DNA of 64,000 bases, taken from assembly GCA_973895155.1 (NCBI GenBank), contig OZ316897.1, positions 10,873,832 through 10,937,831 on the forward strand, read 5' to 3'. The position numbers and the translations under genes are program-made. Source of the DNA: Marsupella aquatica (Eukaryota; Plantae; Marchantiophyta). The notes beneath the pieces were generated by a model that was given only the letters and a program-made list of their open reading frames with translations, ran no database searches and had not been told where the DNA came from. Shown piece by piece: positions 50,301 to 63,183 of the stretch (within the stretch, counting starts at the first letter, position 1; each line of letters starts with the position of its first letter).

Positions 50301-51739
50301 CACAATCTGACAGCTCTCTTAAATCCCAGTGGGATCCAACCATCATAAATCAATGTAAGAAATTGGCACAAGGAATATCCTTAAAATCTGCAACTGTAAG
50401 TGCGATCACACCACAGATCCATTAGCCACAATCTGACAGTCCTCTTTAAATCCACTAAGATCTAACGGTCACCAATCAATATAGGAAGATAACACAAGGA
50501 ACATTGTCAGCATCTGCTCTCTGAAAATTACCCAACGGGACTGACTCGAAAAGAAAAGCCGCTCATTACGTCAGGGGCCGCCCCTCGCGGGCGACACGTG
50601 CCCTGTCGGCTGGCCCGAACGTGGTCACCCTTCTTTGTCGCTTCCCAGAAGTCCCCCATGAAGCAGCGCGGCCTCGCCCCTCCCTCCCGGCCCAGCGGCC
50701 CCCCTCACCTTCTCGCGGCCAATCACCGGCAGTCTCGTCCGAAGTCCCATCATGACTTTTCCCGATGATCATTGGTCGCGAGTACAGAGCAAAGCAGAGG
50801 AAACAGAGCAAAACAGAGCAAAGCAGAGCAAACGAGCAGTGCAGAGGAACGGAGGGCCACAATTCATGCATGTTGGAGTTCTTTCGCAGACGGACGACAT
50901 TTAATATGACGAGGGCGTCCGGGTGACGGACGATTCGGCTATGACGTCGGCGTGGTCGTCGACTTGGTCGACTGTGATCGCCACAGCTGCTCACTAGGAA
51001 GAAGAAGAATTATTTTGGGACCGTATTTCATCGCCTTTATCTCTCGTATTAGGCGAGAGGTGATTCCCACTCGGCCAGTGACTGAGTGACGAGCTGGCTA
51101 GGTAGGTGCTGAAGGAAGGGAGGGAGGGTGGAAGGGAGCGAGGAAAGGAAGGAGGATGAGCAATTGCAGGAGAATCGCATCGGCTATGACGTCGTGGAGC
51201 GTTACTGCTTAGGAACATTCGGGTATTTTATCTCGTTCTCCCCGAAAGGGATTTGATAGCACATCTCAGCGTCTGACTGACGAGCTACTGAAGTGAGAGG
51301 AAGGTGGCGGAGGTGGAATTGTTAGTTTGTGTCGAGAGGATTGGGTGTCTTATCTGAGAGGTGATCGCAGCTCCTCGGCCACCGACGAGATAAGCGCGCT
51401 GCTGAAGTGAGGAGGGGGGAAGAAGAAGGAGGAGGAATTGCAGAATCGCATTGCGGAGCTGGCTGTCGACCGCAGCCGGAGGAGGCAGGATCTCGGTTGG
51501 TCGATAGAGGAGGGAATTGCTACGGACTGGAGAAGAGGATCTCGGTTGGTCGATAGAGGAGGGAATTGCTACGGACTGGAGAAGAGGCTGGAGCTCGGTG
51601 TCGAATGAGATTGTTTCGGAGGTGATCTGTTGAGATTTTTGGGCGTCGGACCTCGCCAGGGCGTCGGACCTCGCCAAGGAAAGGAAAAGGAAGGGAAGGG
51701 AAGGGAAGGGGGGGAAAGGGAAGGGACGGGAAGGGCGCC

Positions 51740-53314
51740 ATGTCGGTGCTGACTCCTGAGAGCGTAGTGACGCCGGAATCACGCCGGCTCGCGACGGAGA
51801 CTCTAACGAAAGCTGGAAGCGCGACGAAAATCCCCGGGCAGCTGATCTCTAGTGGAGGAGGAGGCACTCTGTCGATCATAGTGGTGGGAGCGTCCGGTGA
51901 TCTGGCGAAGAAGAAGACGTTCCCTGCTCTCTTCAATCTGTTTAGGCAGGGATTTCTGCCTTCGCACCAGGTGCGCGTCTTTGGGTATGCTCGATCGGAG
52001 CTATCTAGTGAGGAGCTTCGGAAGCGATTGCGTGGGTTCCTCAAGGCGAAAGATCCATCGGTCGTTGATTCCTTCTTGGAATTGGTGACTTATACAGCAG
52101 GGGCTTACGACAGCACGGAGGGATTTCAGAAGCTGGAGAAAGAAGTCGTCTCGCATGAGGAAATTGTGCGAGCCGGTGGGGAAGCCAATCAGAGATTGTT
52201 CTACCTCGCGCTGCCTCCCTCGGTATATCCTCAGGTGAGCACTATGATTCGACAGAATAACATGAATCAGCATGGTTGGACTCGGGTCATTGTGGAGAAG
52301 CCATTTGGAAAGGACTTGGAGTCATCTGAAGAGTTGAGTAGGCAGCTGGGAGAGCTATTCACGGAGGAACAGCTCTACAGGATTGATCATTATTTGGGTA
52401 AGGAGATCGTGCAGAATCTGCTAGTGATGCGGTTTGCCAATCGGTTTTTTTTGCCAATGTGGAACCGTGACAATATTGCGAACATTCAGATTGTCTTCAA
52501 AGAGGACTTTGGAACAGAGGGACGAGGTGGGTACTTTGACCAGTATGGAATTGTGAGGGATATCATCCAAAATCATCTGCTGCAGGTCCTCTCTCTTGTT
52601 GCCATGGAGAAACCTTTGTCACTCAGCCCAGAGCACGTCAGAGATGAGAAAGTGAAGCTTTTGAAGGCTGTGAAACTGATAAACGACGACGATGTTGTCC
52701 TGGGTCAGTACCAGGGTTACAAGGATGACCCTGGTGTTCCAAAGGATTCCAACACGCCGACCTTTGCTCAATTGGTGGTCCATATCAACAACGAGCGATG
52801 GGATGGTGTGCCATTCATTGTCAAAGCTGGGAAGGCCATGGACTCTAAGAAGGTGGAAATTCGAGTTCAGTTCAAAGATGTTCCTGGTGACATCTTCACG
52901 TGCAAAAACCAGGGCCGGAATGAATTCGTCATGAGGCTGCAACCTTCTGAAGCAATGTACATGAAGCTGACTGTGAAGAAGCCTGGACTTGATATGGCAG
53001 CAACACAGAGTGAGTTGGACCTGTCCTACAAGCAGAGGTATCAAGACATTGTCATTCCTGAAGCTTACGAGAGACTTTTACTGGACACAATCAGAGGAGA
53101 CCAACAACATTTTGTGAGGAGAGATGAGCTCTACCAAGCATGGAAGATTTTCACTCCTCTGCTGCACAGAATTGATGAAGGTTTGTTAAAGAGTGTCGAA
53201 TATCCTCAAGGGTCTCGAGGACCCAAGGAAGCGGACGACGTCCTCTATAAGCACGGATATGTGAGGACGCAAGGTTACATATGGATCCCTCCCACGTTGA
53301 GAGCTGCCTTCTAG
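51740..53314 (+). CDS. G6PD: Glucose-6-phosphate dehydrogenase, cytosolic type, intronless CDS (524 aa)
   Basis: [51 protein letters not shown]; plant cytosolic-type C-terminus GYIWIPPTL; no transit peptide. Confidence 0.97.
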   Translation: MSVLTPESVVTPESRRLATETLTKAGSATKIPGQLISSGGGGTLSIIVVGASGDLAKKKTFPALFNLFRQGFLPSHQVRVFGYARSELSSEELRKRLRGFLKAKDPSVVDSFLELVTYTAGAYDSTEGFQKLEKEVVSHEEIVRAGGEANQRLFYLALPPSVYPQVSTMIRQNNMNQHGWTRVIVEKPFGKDLESSEELSRQLGELFTEEQLYRIDHYLGKEIVQNLLVMRFANRFFLPMWNRDNIANIQIVFKEDFGTEGRGGYFDQYGIVRDIIQNHLLQVLSLVAMEKPLSLSPEHVRDEKVKLLKAVKLINDDDVVLGQYQGYKDDPGVPKDSNTPTFAQLVVHINNERWDGVPFIVKAGKAMDSKKVEIRVQFKDVPGDIFTCKNQGRNEFVMRLQPSEAMYMKLTVKKPGLDMAATQSELDLSYKQRYQDIVIPEAYERLLLDTIRGDQQHFVRRDELYQAWKIFTPLLHRIDEGLLKSVEYPQGSRGPKEADDVLYKHGYVRTQGYIWIPPTLRAAF

Positions 53315-56300
53315 GCTGTAACTCTAGCCGAGACTCACATAGCGAAAGTTTTTTAGAAAAGTAAATAATAATGTAGTGGCAGGTGAAATCACCATATCTG
53401 ACGTCTGCAGTCTGCAATCTACTCTGATTCGTGTTGTGCGTATTGGGATTTGTTAATGAAGGCCAGCAGAGCAGTGGCGACTACGAGCATTGGCGACTAC
53501 TCTACTGTCCTCCTAGTCCTGTAATTTATGGTCCCTTTGTATGTGAATCTGGTCAGTGGTAACGCCATTGTTGCTGTTTGCGTCGAGATTGTGGCTCCAA
53601 TAAATTTGCGGGCTTGAAGTGTCGTTTATGGCCACTGTGTTTACTACTTTGATATGTGAATTCACTAAACCAAACAGTGGCAGTGAGGACAGTTATAGTG
53701 CTTGTTAATCATGTCCGTAATGGTCGCATGGTATGGCTAGATTTATTAATAATAGCCAGTTTGTTATTCGCAATGGATCTTCTAAACCAAATGATTATCA
53801 GTTGTGATTAGAAAATGTGGCGCTTCAGGAGTGCAAGCTTCAGCAGTTCGCTTAAAGCACTCTTCGACTACAGTTGGTTGTCGGTATCTACCAATGGCGA
53901 TTTGACTTCGAGAATGAACCAAAGTCTTCTGTAACTTGGCCAGAAAAGGATTCCCTAATTTTCAATAGCAGGTTGTGCATGGACTTGGAGGAGGGGATAG
54001 AATTCACCTCAGATGCCTATAAGAACTGGTTTTTGATGTCATGTAACGATAGTTTACCACCTTGTCAAGTGATCTTTTTGAAGAGAAACACGAGTACAGT
54101 GATTAACTGTCAACTGAATTCTTCATTTGATGGACCTTGGATGGTCAGTCTCAATGTCAGCACTAGACTTATCAACCCAGTTTCTAATGGATAACAATAA
54201 AAAGTTGGACGTATAAAATCCGATGTTCGCTTCGTCAATGGGCTGAGAAGATGCGAGGAACAGACTGGTGCTTTCAATATTGTCAACGACAATGACCCCT
54301 TCATCTGTAATCTCACCCCAGAGGTACAACGGCCCTCCGTTTTCAGACAGTGCACTTCTCGAATTGTTGCCTTCCCATGGACAGTATCGAGTGACCACAG
54401 ATGCATTGCATGGTTGTAGACTTAGTTGGGTTCTGGAATTCCAAAAGAAGGCATCGAAACAAAGCACCAGTGTGAGGTTTGAGAAGACAATGCTGCTGGT
54501 GGAGTACGATCTGATAAGCCTAAAGATCGTTGTACTCGAGAGAGTTGCACCTGTACATGCCGACTTTGCGGGCCACATATGGTTTTCCCTTGTCCTCCTA
54601 TGCATCGATACAATACGAACAACTCTGTACTTTTGCAGCAGGTGGTACTTCTGCTGCCAATCGCCCAAAGTCGTAGTCTTCTGGATTGGAACTGAACTTC
54701 TGCATTGCTTGGACCTGCAAGACATGAAACGACAGACTGATGATGATAACAAAGGTGACCGCAAGCGACATCCAGAACGAATACAGCACCACCCACGACA
54801 GCATTTGGCGAATGTGTCTGGCTCACTGCACACCTATTCAACCGATGATTTGTATGAGACAGTGTATCTTGAATCCTTCTAGACCATGATGGCAGGTCGA
54901 AAGAAGCCGATGAATGTGAAACTGATACATTCAAGAGAAACTGCTCCTCGACAAGGTTGTCTAAAGCTAGCTAGTACCAAGATTGCACTTAGCTGAACTC
55001 TTAGTCTCATGTGACGAACTGTTGCTGCTGTCTCCTTCCTTCCTTCCTGCCCGTCCCATTGAACACACATCTCAAGGGAAGCGAATCTCGAGGCGTTTTT
55101 TCTTACCTCGAAGTGGTAACTTACGTTTTTCATGAAAAACCCCAAAAGTCTTCCATAAAAGGCGGTCCTGAGCTGGGCTCCAGAGGTCAGTGGAAAGCTG
55201 GATGTGTCCACTTATGGCCTCAGAAAGTGCCAAACCGAAGCCAAACCTCCCAGAAAGAGGGAACCGGTTGCTCTAATCTACTGCTGCAGAGTCTAAATGA
55301 GCTGCACCATATGTTGTGTGTCTTTTCATTGACCAAATGGGTAGCCACCTTCTCTCCGTAGAAACTTTCTTGCAGTGAGATTCTGCAAACTGGTCCAACT
55401 CTATGCCTTGACCACTACTTGTGATCCGTGAATCAAAACCAACAGACGGTTTCAAGAGATGCATTTTGATCTCCAGCGCATTTACGTGCTGAACTGTCTT
55501 CTCCTAGGAAATATATTACTTCTTACTCCCGGTGCCCACTTCAAGCTCTCAATCTCGCATCTTTGTGATACTCAATTTGATTGGCAAGTTGAATTTTATG
55601 CAACAATGCTCTAGACCCCAAGAAAAATTAGTACACTGACCTCACCGAAGCTTTACATTACAGGAGAGACGTTCAAACTGTCGTGGAGCTCAAATTTCAA
55701 ATCGTTACTCAATTCGGCCAGATCCAAACCCAAACAGAGCATGATGCCATGACTTGGATCAAGACTTACGCGAGGTTCTGAAAGAGCAGCGATGCAGAAA
55801 GGAAGCTGTAACCACGACTGTTTAGCCTTTGCCCAGATAATTCTCTCTTCTTCTCCACGTTCGAAGAACAAGAATATTGCCAAATTGCTACAGTCCCATA
55901 TCAAGAGGTCCGGAAATAACACGGTTTTTCACCGAGCGGTGTCACCCACCGACCGTAGGCCTTCCGATAACCAGTAATTGAACAAGACTAAGGATAGCTG
56001 CTTACGTGAGCATTCCTTTGATTCATTGGGAAGCTACCGGGTGTCCTCCATTTTTTACATTAATCCACGAGCTGGAAAGCAAAGGACGCTTTTGCTTGCA
56101 CAAATGGGGACCACATCTACTGCCCTCGATCATGCCATTCAACGAGGACAAACTTCGATGTGAACTTATGGAGGATTGAGCTAGACAAGAGCCGGAGCAT
56201 AAAGTTTAGGAGTCGACTTATCGAGGAATGAGTCAAAAGGGGACTCGGATCAAGTCGAGAGGACTTATTCTTCTCTGTTTGCTGTTCTTTTCCGAGCTTG

Positions 56301-56468
56301 TGTTGGTCTCAATGATGACTGCAGAACTTGGATTCCTTTGACAGGAGGAGGAAAGTGATCTGCAGGTTCTTCAAATAGACGGCAATGGCGACCAGACTTA
56401 GTATTTTCATGATCCTTTGAGAAGTTGAGAATTGGAGTTCTTAATCGTCGTTCTCATGCGATTGCGAG

Positions 56469-57979
56469 ATGTATCTGCTAACGATGTCTGATCTTTTAGC
56501 CCTTGGGCTTGGGCTCATCAGTGCTTGCCTCCTGGCTTCCACCGCTGCCGTCTTGCCGGCAGAGGCCAGAACAACAACGACATCGACACCAACCGAACTG
56601 AATGGGTCGAATTTCACCTACCCTTGGCCTGTGGCGCTCTACAAATTCAACTCGCAGAACCAGCAACTTGAAATGGCTTACATGGACGTTCGCCCCAAGA
56701 CTCCAAACCGCCGCACCGTCGTCCTCTTGCATGGGAAGAACTTCTGCGGCGCGACGTGGAAGCAGACCGCCATCGTCCTCCTCGAAGCCGGCTACCGGGT
56801 CGTCATTCCGGATCAGATTGGCTTCTGCAAATCCAGCAAGCCTCAGAGGTACTGATACGTTTCGCTTCGCCAGTGTAGATAATGCAGGAGAATAAATTCT
56901 TAAGGTTAAAAAGGAAGGTGCTGCTTATAGACAATTGGTGCCAAGAATCAAAGACAGGGAGGATAAACTTTAGAGGCCAATTGTCAACAAATTGAGGAAA
57001 GAATCAAGAGGGACAGAATAAAGCTAAGAGGTCAATGAAAACTTGTTGAATTGAGGAGAGCATGAAGAGGGTCATCCAATTAAGTTTATAGGTCATCTTT
57101 CCGTCTTAAATCTGAGCAAAGGATTGGATGGGCTCAGAGTCATAGGCCGTGCTATGGGTGGGATGACCTCTAATCTTCATCCTGCCCCTCTTGATTCTTT
57201 CCTCAACAAGTTGACAAAGCAGAGAATGCGAAAACTGTAGACTCTAACAGAGAATGTGAAACCTATCGAGGAGCTTAAAGGTTCTAATAATTTGCATAAT
57301 TGCGCATGACAGGTACCAGTTCAGCCTCCAACAGTTGGCATTAAACACTTTCGACCTACTGCATAGCATAGGAGTGGAAGGGCTCACAGTCATGGGCCAT
57401 TCAATGGGTGGGATGCTCGCCACACGATTCGCATTGATGTATCCCTCGAACACAACGGACTTGATCCTAGTCGATCCGATTGGACTTGAGGATTGGAAGG
57501 CTCTCGGGGTCCCATACCAAAGCATAGACAGAAGTTACATTGGCGAGCATGCAAGCAACTACAGCTCAATCAGGACATACGAGCAATCAACATATTACGT
57601 TGGAAAGTGGTCAGCCGCCTATGATGTCTGGGTGGACATGCTGGTAAACATTTACAAAGGGCCGGAGGCTGTCCAGTTTGCGTGGAATCAGGCTCTTGTG
57701 ACTGATATGCTCTTAACTCAGCCGGTTGTGTACGAGTTCCCTCTGCTGAAGATGCCAACGCTGCTACTCATAGGGGACAAGGACAACACTGCTATTGGCA
57801 AGGCCTGGTCCCCCCCTGCAGTCCGGGCACGGCTGGGGCACTATGAGGTGCTGGGCAAGGAAGTTGTTAAAATGATTTCCGATGGAACGCTGATTGAATT
57901 TCCGGATTTGGGCCATGCTCCACAGATTGAAGCTCCGGAGCGATTTCATGCAGCACTCATGGGTTGGCTTAAGGGATAG
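56469..57979 (+). CDS. Secreted alpha/beta-fold hydrolase of microbial (fungal-like) type; exons 56469-56848, 57313-57979
   Basis: Signal peptide, ELNGSNFTYPWPV, LLHGKNF, PDQIGFCKSSKP|RYQFS, nucleophile elbow GHSMGG, IGDKDNTA, LGHAPQIE. The phase-2 GT-AG intron restores an open frame. Confidence 0.9.
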
Positions 57980-59950
57980 ATTGATGCACAGAATAGGTAC
58001 AGGAAAACTGTAGAGTCAAGAGTGTGGTGCCTAAAATGTGGCAGATTGAACGAGTCCAATCGAATGAGATTCAAGTTGAGTTCAATTGTAGAATTTAAAT
58101 GGGATCCCATCAATTTGAAAGGGTTTTCGACCAATTGAGTCCCATCTTAGAAATATGGTGATAAGAGAACGTTTTTTGCAGAATCATGTTCGGAACCAGT
58201 TGACTTTGATTGTGCCACTCTGTGCATGCGAAAACCTCAAAGCAGATGCGCATACAACTTTGGATCACCACCTTTTCAACACTTCGTTCAACATGGGATG
58301 AGTTTTGGCAGGGAGCGTTACAGCACAAGTGGGCTACCCCTGCTTCTAAATTTCCAAATTGATACTATCACTGCCAAAAGTACCTTCAGAATCCGGTGAG
58401 ATGAATGATCCAGAGGCACACTCCTGACAATTCTGCTGCACAGCACACTCTCTGCGTTCACATATTTTCGATGAGCAATCTGCATAAAGGCAGTGGAAGT
58501 AACTTCATGAGGTCTCTTTCTGCAATCATCTCTGAGAGCTCAGGCCTTCACCACTGTACCAACGTTTACTTCAATTTGTTCTTTTTAGAGACTAGCAGTC
58601 TGTCGGGGGAATGCTTTCGCAAGGAGTCCATAGTGCAGTGTGATACTGGGATCCATTTCAGTTTGTAGCCAATTTGTCCCAAGCTCTTCTTGACAGCGAT
58701 GTTGGACTGGTGATATTCTGCATAATGGTCGGAGGTTGTTGACCTCGTGAAGTTATCTGACTAGATTCTACCACAATGAAGGCTTATTTATAGGCTTCTT
58801 GGGAAGCTCGGGGACGAAGCTATATGGCAGAGCGAAAGGATAACTATGTGCTTACACTCGACAGGATGAGCAAAATGGCTGGCACGACTGGAAATTTATT
58901 TATTTCAAATACTCCTCAGACATAACTTGCTTTTTTGTAAGCTCAAAGAGATTGACAGATCTCCAAATTCCTCGTCACTCTTCTCATTCTCTTCCTGGGA
59001 TTTGACCCAGGAAACTTCTTCAAATTAACTCAGAGGTCGTCCATTTAATTTATCGTCACTCTCGGTGAGATTCTATCAGATCAGGCGAAGTGTGAAGAAA
59101 TAGAACTCTTAAAATGAGAATATTATCAGGATAGGATAAATAGCCTAACTTTGGTTCGTATTAATGCTTCTGAAATCTAAACCGGCTTCGGGCTCCTAAA
59201 TAGAGTCATCATCATTATATAAGGCACTTGATCGTTCTATTGATTTTAAGCACCTCCTGCATATGTCATGAAAGAAGTCGGTTAGCAAGCAGAGATTCGT
59301 TCCCAGCAATTGGCATTGCAAGCAGAGAAGAACAATGGTGAGAACACAACAGATTGTCAAAACGCGGGCTGATTCGTATCTTCCATCCTTACCACTACTG
59401 TAGTCATCACAGTAAGCTTACCGTCCGACTCCTCAAATGCTTTGGTTTCGACTCTCCTCATTGCCATTTAAAGGACTAGGGAGGCTCTAGGCAAGGCTCC
59501 AGGTAGCCAGCTTTGATTATGTCCAGACTCCAAGATTTCAATCAGGCACGCACATGCAAACTAATGTACTGGGAAGCGTAATCATGAAATAGCAATATGG
59601 GAGTGATTTCATTGTCTCAAAGCATTTAGGGGAACTTTGCTTCCCGTTGTCCTCACTTTCGTAAGTTTAACGAGGGTGCAAACCCTTTAACTTTTGTCGC
59701 TTCATGATCCAAACGTCATCACTTCGGGACGACAATTGGTGACGTAAATGTACTCTAGCTCTCAATCACCTATCGAATCTTACAGTCAGGAGCCCACTCT
59801 GGGATGAAGCGTAACTAATAACTTGCCAACCAAACCTAGAGTCTCGAGCCTATGATCTAGAGTGAAACCTGAAAATCTAACTAAATCTAATTACTATTTG
59901 TTCTTGGACCCCTTGGTTTTGTTGATAATTAGTTAATGGACCCTTTGGAA

Positions 59951-60372
59951 TTTAAAGCCCCGATAGACAGAAACGTTTGATAAAAAGCCATGATGGACAA
60001 ACACAACCTAAAAAACCATGATGGACAAACACAACCTGGATGGACACAGAACAAACCTAAGATTGTGCTTGTAGAACAAACCTAAGATTGTGCTTGTATA
60101 ACACTCTTTTCACTTGTGCTCCAATGGTGACATGTAAGGAGCTGTCTGACCGGGAGCAGAAGGTTTTTGGTTGTTTCTTCCCATAGTGTGTCCAGGCAGG
60201 AGCAATGGAGGAGGTTAAAAGTACTTAACGTAATGTCTAAATCTCGGTTTGCTTCATTTCATTATACACCTGTAATCCATTTTGGGTGTCATTAGGGATT
60301 GGTGTTACAGTGTCAACAGGCTGTGTCCATCCGGGTTGTCCCTACAAACGTTTGTGTCTATCCTGGCTTTAA
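59951..60372. mobile_element. Probable MITE with imperfect TIRs
   Basis: ttaaagccccgatagacagaaacgtttg...acaacctggatggacacag vs rc ttaaagccaggatagacacaaacgtttg...acaacccggatggacacag; ggaccctttgg lies near both ends. Confidence 0.6.
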
Positions 60373-61083
60373 GTTTGGACCCTTTGGTTATTTAACGGGT
60401 TGGAACAATTGAGAGTCACATATTGGAGATGGTTTGAATATGAAGATCAGAGTACAAAGATCAAATGAAGGATTCTGAAGGAAATGGGTTTCAAGGTAGT
60501 CAGGATACTTTCAATTTCATTAATGACAAAGAAGAAATTATTTATGGCATAAGTACATGCAAAATGTTACTTTGGTACTTTCATGTCAACTCCATCTAAC
60601 ATTTCTACCTCCATGCAAAATGTTAGATAACTGAAAGGTTTATTAGGTTCCCTTGGTATTCCTTTGTTCCTAGTAACCACAGTATTTCTTAGGTTCCCTT
60701 GGTACTCCTCTATCCATAGAGTCCATGCAAAAAGCTACAGAAAGTCAAAGGATTTCTTTCTATCAATGGTTAATCATTTAAAAAAAACTGTCAATTAAAC
60801 ATAAAATTCAAATTTTTTTTACTGAAAACACTTACATCATTCACAACCCATCCAAAAATTATTTTTGTATACCTCTTTCTTTTTTTATTTGAAGTATTAT
60901 TTTTCTATGTATATTATTTTTACTATCTATTTTTCCTTGCCACGCCTCAAAACAACTTGTAAGGTTTGGTTCTGTTGCACAATGAGCCGTTTTTGTGTGT
61001 GGCCAATAGCAATGACCTGGCTATCCGTGTTCCTATGGATTTTGGAAGGAGATTCCCATGGGTTTCGGTAATAAATTTGCATT

Positions 61084-61250
61084 CCAAAGTTACACTAAGG
61101 AACCTATGATCTAGATTGAACCCCCAAAATCTAACTAATAATAAATTAGCCATCCAAAGTTACACTATAGAGCCTATGCTCTAGAGTGAACCCCCAAAAT
61201 CCAACTAACAATCGTTTAGCTAGCCAAAGTTACACTATGGAGCCTATGAT
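61084..61250. repeat. ~70-bp tandem repeat (about 2.5 copies)
   Basis: ccaaagttacacta..ga.cctatg.tctaga.tgaacccccaaaat at 61084, 61153 and partially at 61224. Confidence 0.75.
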
Positions 61251-62186
61251 TTACGTGCATGAAAATCACCTGGAAATCGCCTGGAAATCGCCTGGAAATC
61301 TAATCAAAAATAAATTAATAATTCAAAGTGTCCGGAAATGTAGCTAGCAATAAATTAGTAACACAAAGTGCCCGGAAATCTAGCTAATAATTAGCAATCC
61401 AAAAATTGCCCTTCCCCTTTCTTCTCCCCTCCCTCTATTGGGTTTATGTGCCTCTGGGACCCTCCCGTTATTGGGTTTATTTGCCTCTGGGATCCTGGGC
61501 TCGGCGTTTTTGTCTTTTGGCACTTGATATATAATCAAAAACTGTTTTGAGTCTATGATCTTGACTCTGGGTAGATGCAAGTTTCAAAGTGTGAAACAGG
61601 TGGGGGAAGTGTGTCTCTTGTGTCTCTTTGGGTGGCGGCAAGGTTGTGAGGAAGGCATCCATGGGCCTGAGCAAAGCAGGGAGGGAAAGGAACCATATGA
61701 GCCTGAGCAAAGCTCGTCCAATGTTATGGACACTCGCAGTACCGTCATCAGATCACCCTAGCTACAGCAGCTTCTTTTGACACTAAGAAAGGTCCGTGAT
61801 CTGCCGAACAACTAACAAAGATAACGTAGAAGACAAGCTCCCTCTGATTCTGGTACGAACGAATGATCTTCAGACAGAAGCCCTCGTAAGGCTCGTATCC
61901 CCTGAGCCTGGTCCGAAAGAATGATTTTCAGACACAAGCCCTCGTATCAAACCTTCATGCATCGCTGGGCATGGAGAGTTGACAGAGATTGTTAAAGCTC
62001 CCTCCATACCATACTTGAGGATTTAAAGTTGGCGACGATCCAATGTCTGGAAGCGCACAAGCAGAAGATCATAGGATTGACAAGCATAGATCGAGCAATC
62101 ATCCTTTGATAACGAAATCACACATTGTCCTGGAAGCAATTCAAGCACGTTCCCACCATTCTGGTTGATTGGTACTCGATCCCATC

Positions 62187-63183
62187 ATGGCTGCCCCATA
62201 CGCAGCAGTGCATGCCTCGCCTCAGGGGGAAGGCGATGCCCGACCCACGGCTTTGCAGATCATTGACGACGAAGGGCTGACGGGCAAGTTGAAGAACAAA
62301 ATCTTCCTCATCACCGGCAGCTCTTCCGGAATCGGCACTGAGACAGCTCGTGCGATCGCCGCTACAGGAGCTACGGTGTACTGCGCGGTCCGAGACATTG
62401 AGAAGGGAAAGAAGGTTCTCGCGGACATCCTCGAGCCCGGGCGCGTCGAGCTCCTCCACATGGACCTTGAGTCCCTCGAGAGCGTGCGAGCCGCAGCAGC
62501 GGAGCTCCTCTCCAAAACCGCCAATGTGATCAACGTCCTCGTCTGCGGGTGTGATGGCCATCCCCGCCCCAGGCACCAGGACTGTGGACGGATTCGAGAC
62601 GCAATTCGCCACAAATCATCTCGCCCATTTCCTGCTCTTCAACCTCCTGAAGCCCGGTCTGCTTGCCGCGTCCACGCCGGAGTTCAACTCGCACGTCGTG
62701 ACGGTCGCCTCAGCTGCTCACAAAATGGGCGAGGTCCGTTTGGACGACTATAACTTCAACAAAGGAGAGTACAATCCCTGGAACGCTTACGCCCAAAGCA
62801 AGACGGCGAACATCTACATGGCCACTTACATCGATCGGCATTTTGGGCCGCAGGGCCTCCACGCCACGAGCGTGCACCCGGGCAGCATATGGTCGCCGCT
62901 GCAGAAGTATTTGACAGACGATGCGATGGCTTTCTGGGCATCGCAGCCCGGGTTTCGCCCGACTATCAAGAGCACGGCTCAGGGGGCTGCAACAACCGTC
63001 TGGGCGGCGGTGGGAAAGGAGTGGGACGGGAAGGGTGGCAAGTACTTGGAGAATGTGCAGGTTTCCCCGCCGATGAAGGAGGGGGGTCAGTCGCATGATC
63101 AGGGATATGCGACGTGGGCCTTCGACGAGGAGAAGGAAGATCGGTTGTGGGTGGACTCGTTGAAGATGGTTGGTTTGGTTTGA
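62187..63183 (+). pseudogene. Short-chain dehydrogenase/reductase (WWOX/retinol-dehydrogenase-like, fungal-type), intronless, frameshifted at ~62546
   Basis: TGSSSGIG cofactor motif, DGFETQFATNHLAHF, catalytic YAQSK, SVHPG, QGAATTVWAA. The N-terminus YAAVHASPQGEGDARPTALQII resembles ascomycete SDRs. The NAG motif is broken by the frameshift. Confidence 0.88.

Noticed and set aside
53874-55480. Overlapping 100-236 aa ORFs on both strands, possibly a decayed F-box-type gene
   Set aside because: No motif I can identify with confidence; needs a translated profile search.
58100-58730. Possible degenerate protein-kinase remnant on the minus strand (IAVKK, KNVLL-like words)
   Set aside because: Only scattered short words in different frames with many stops; could be chance.
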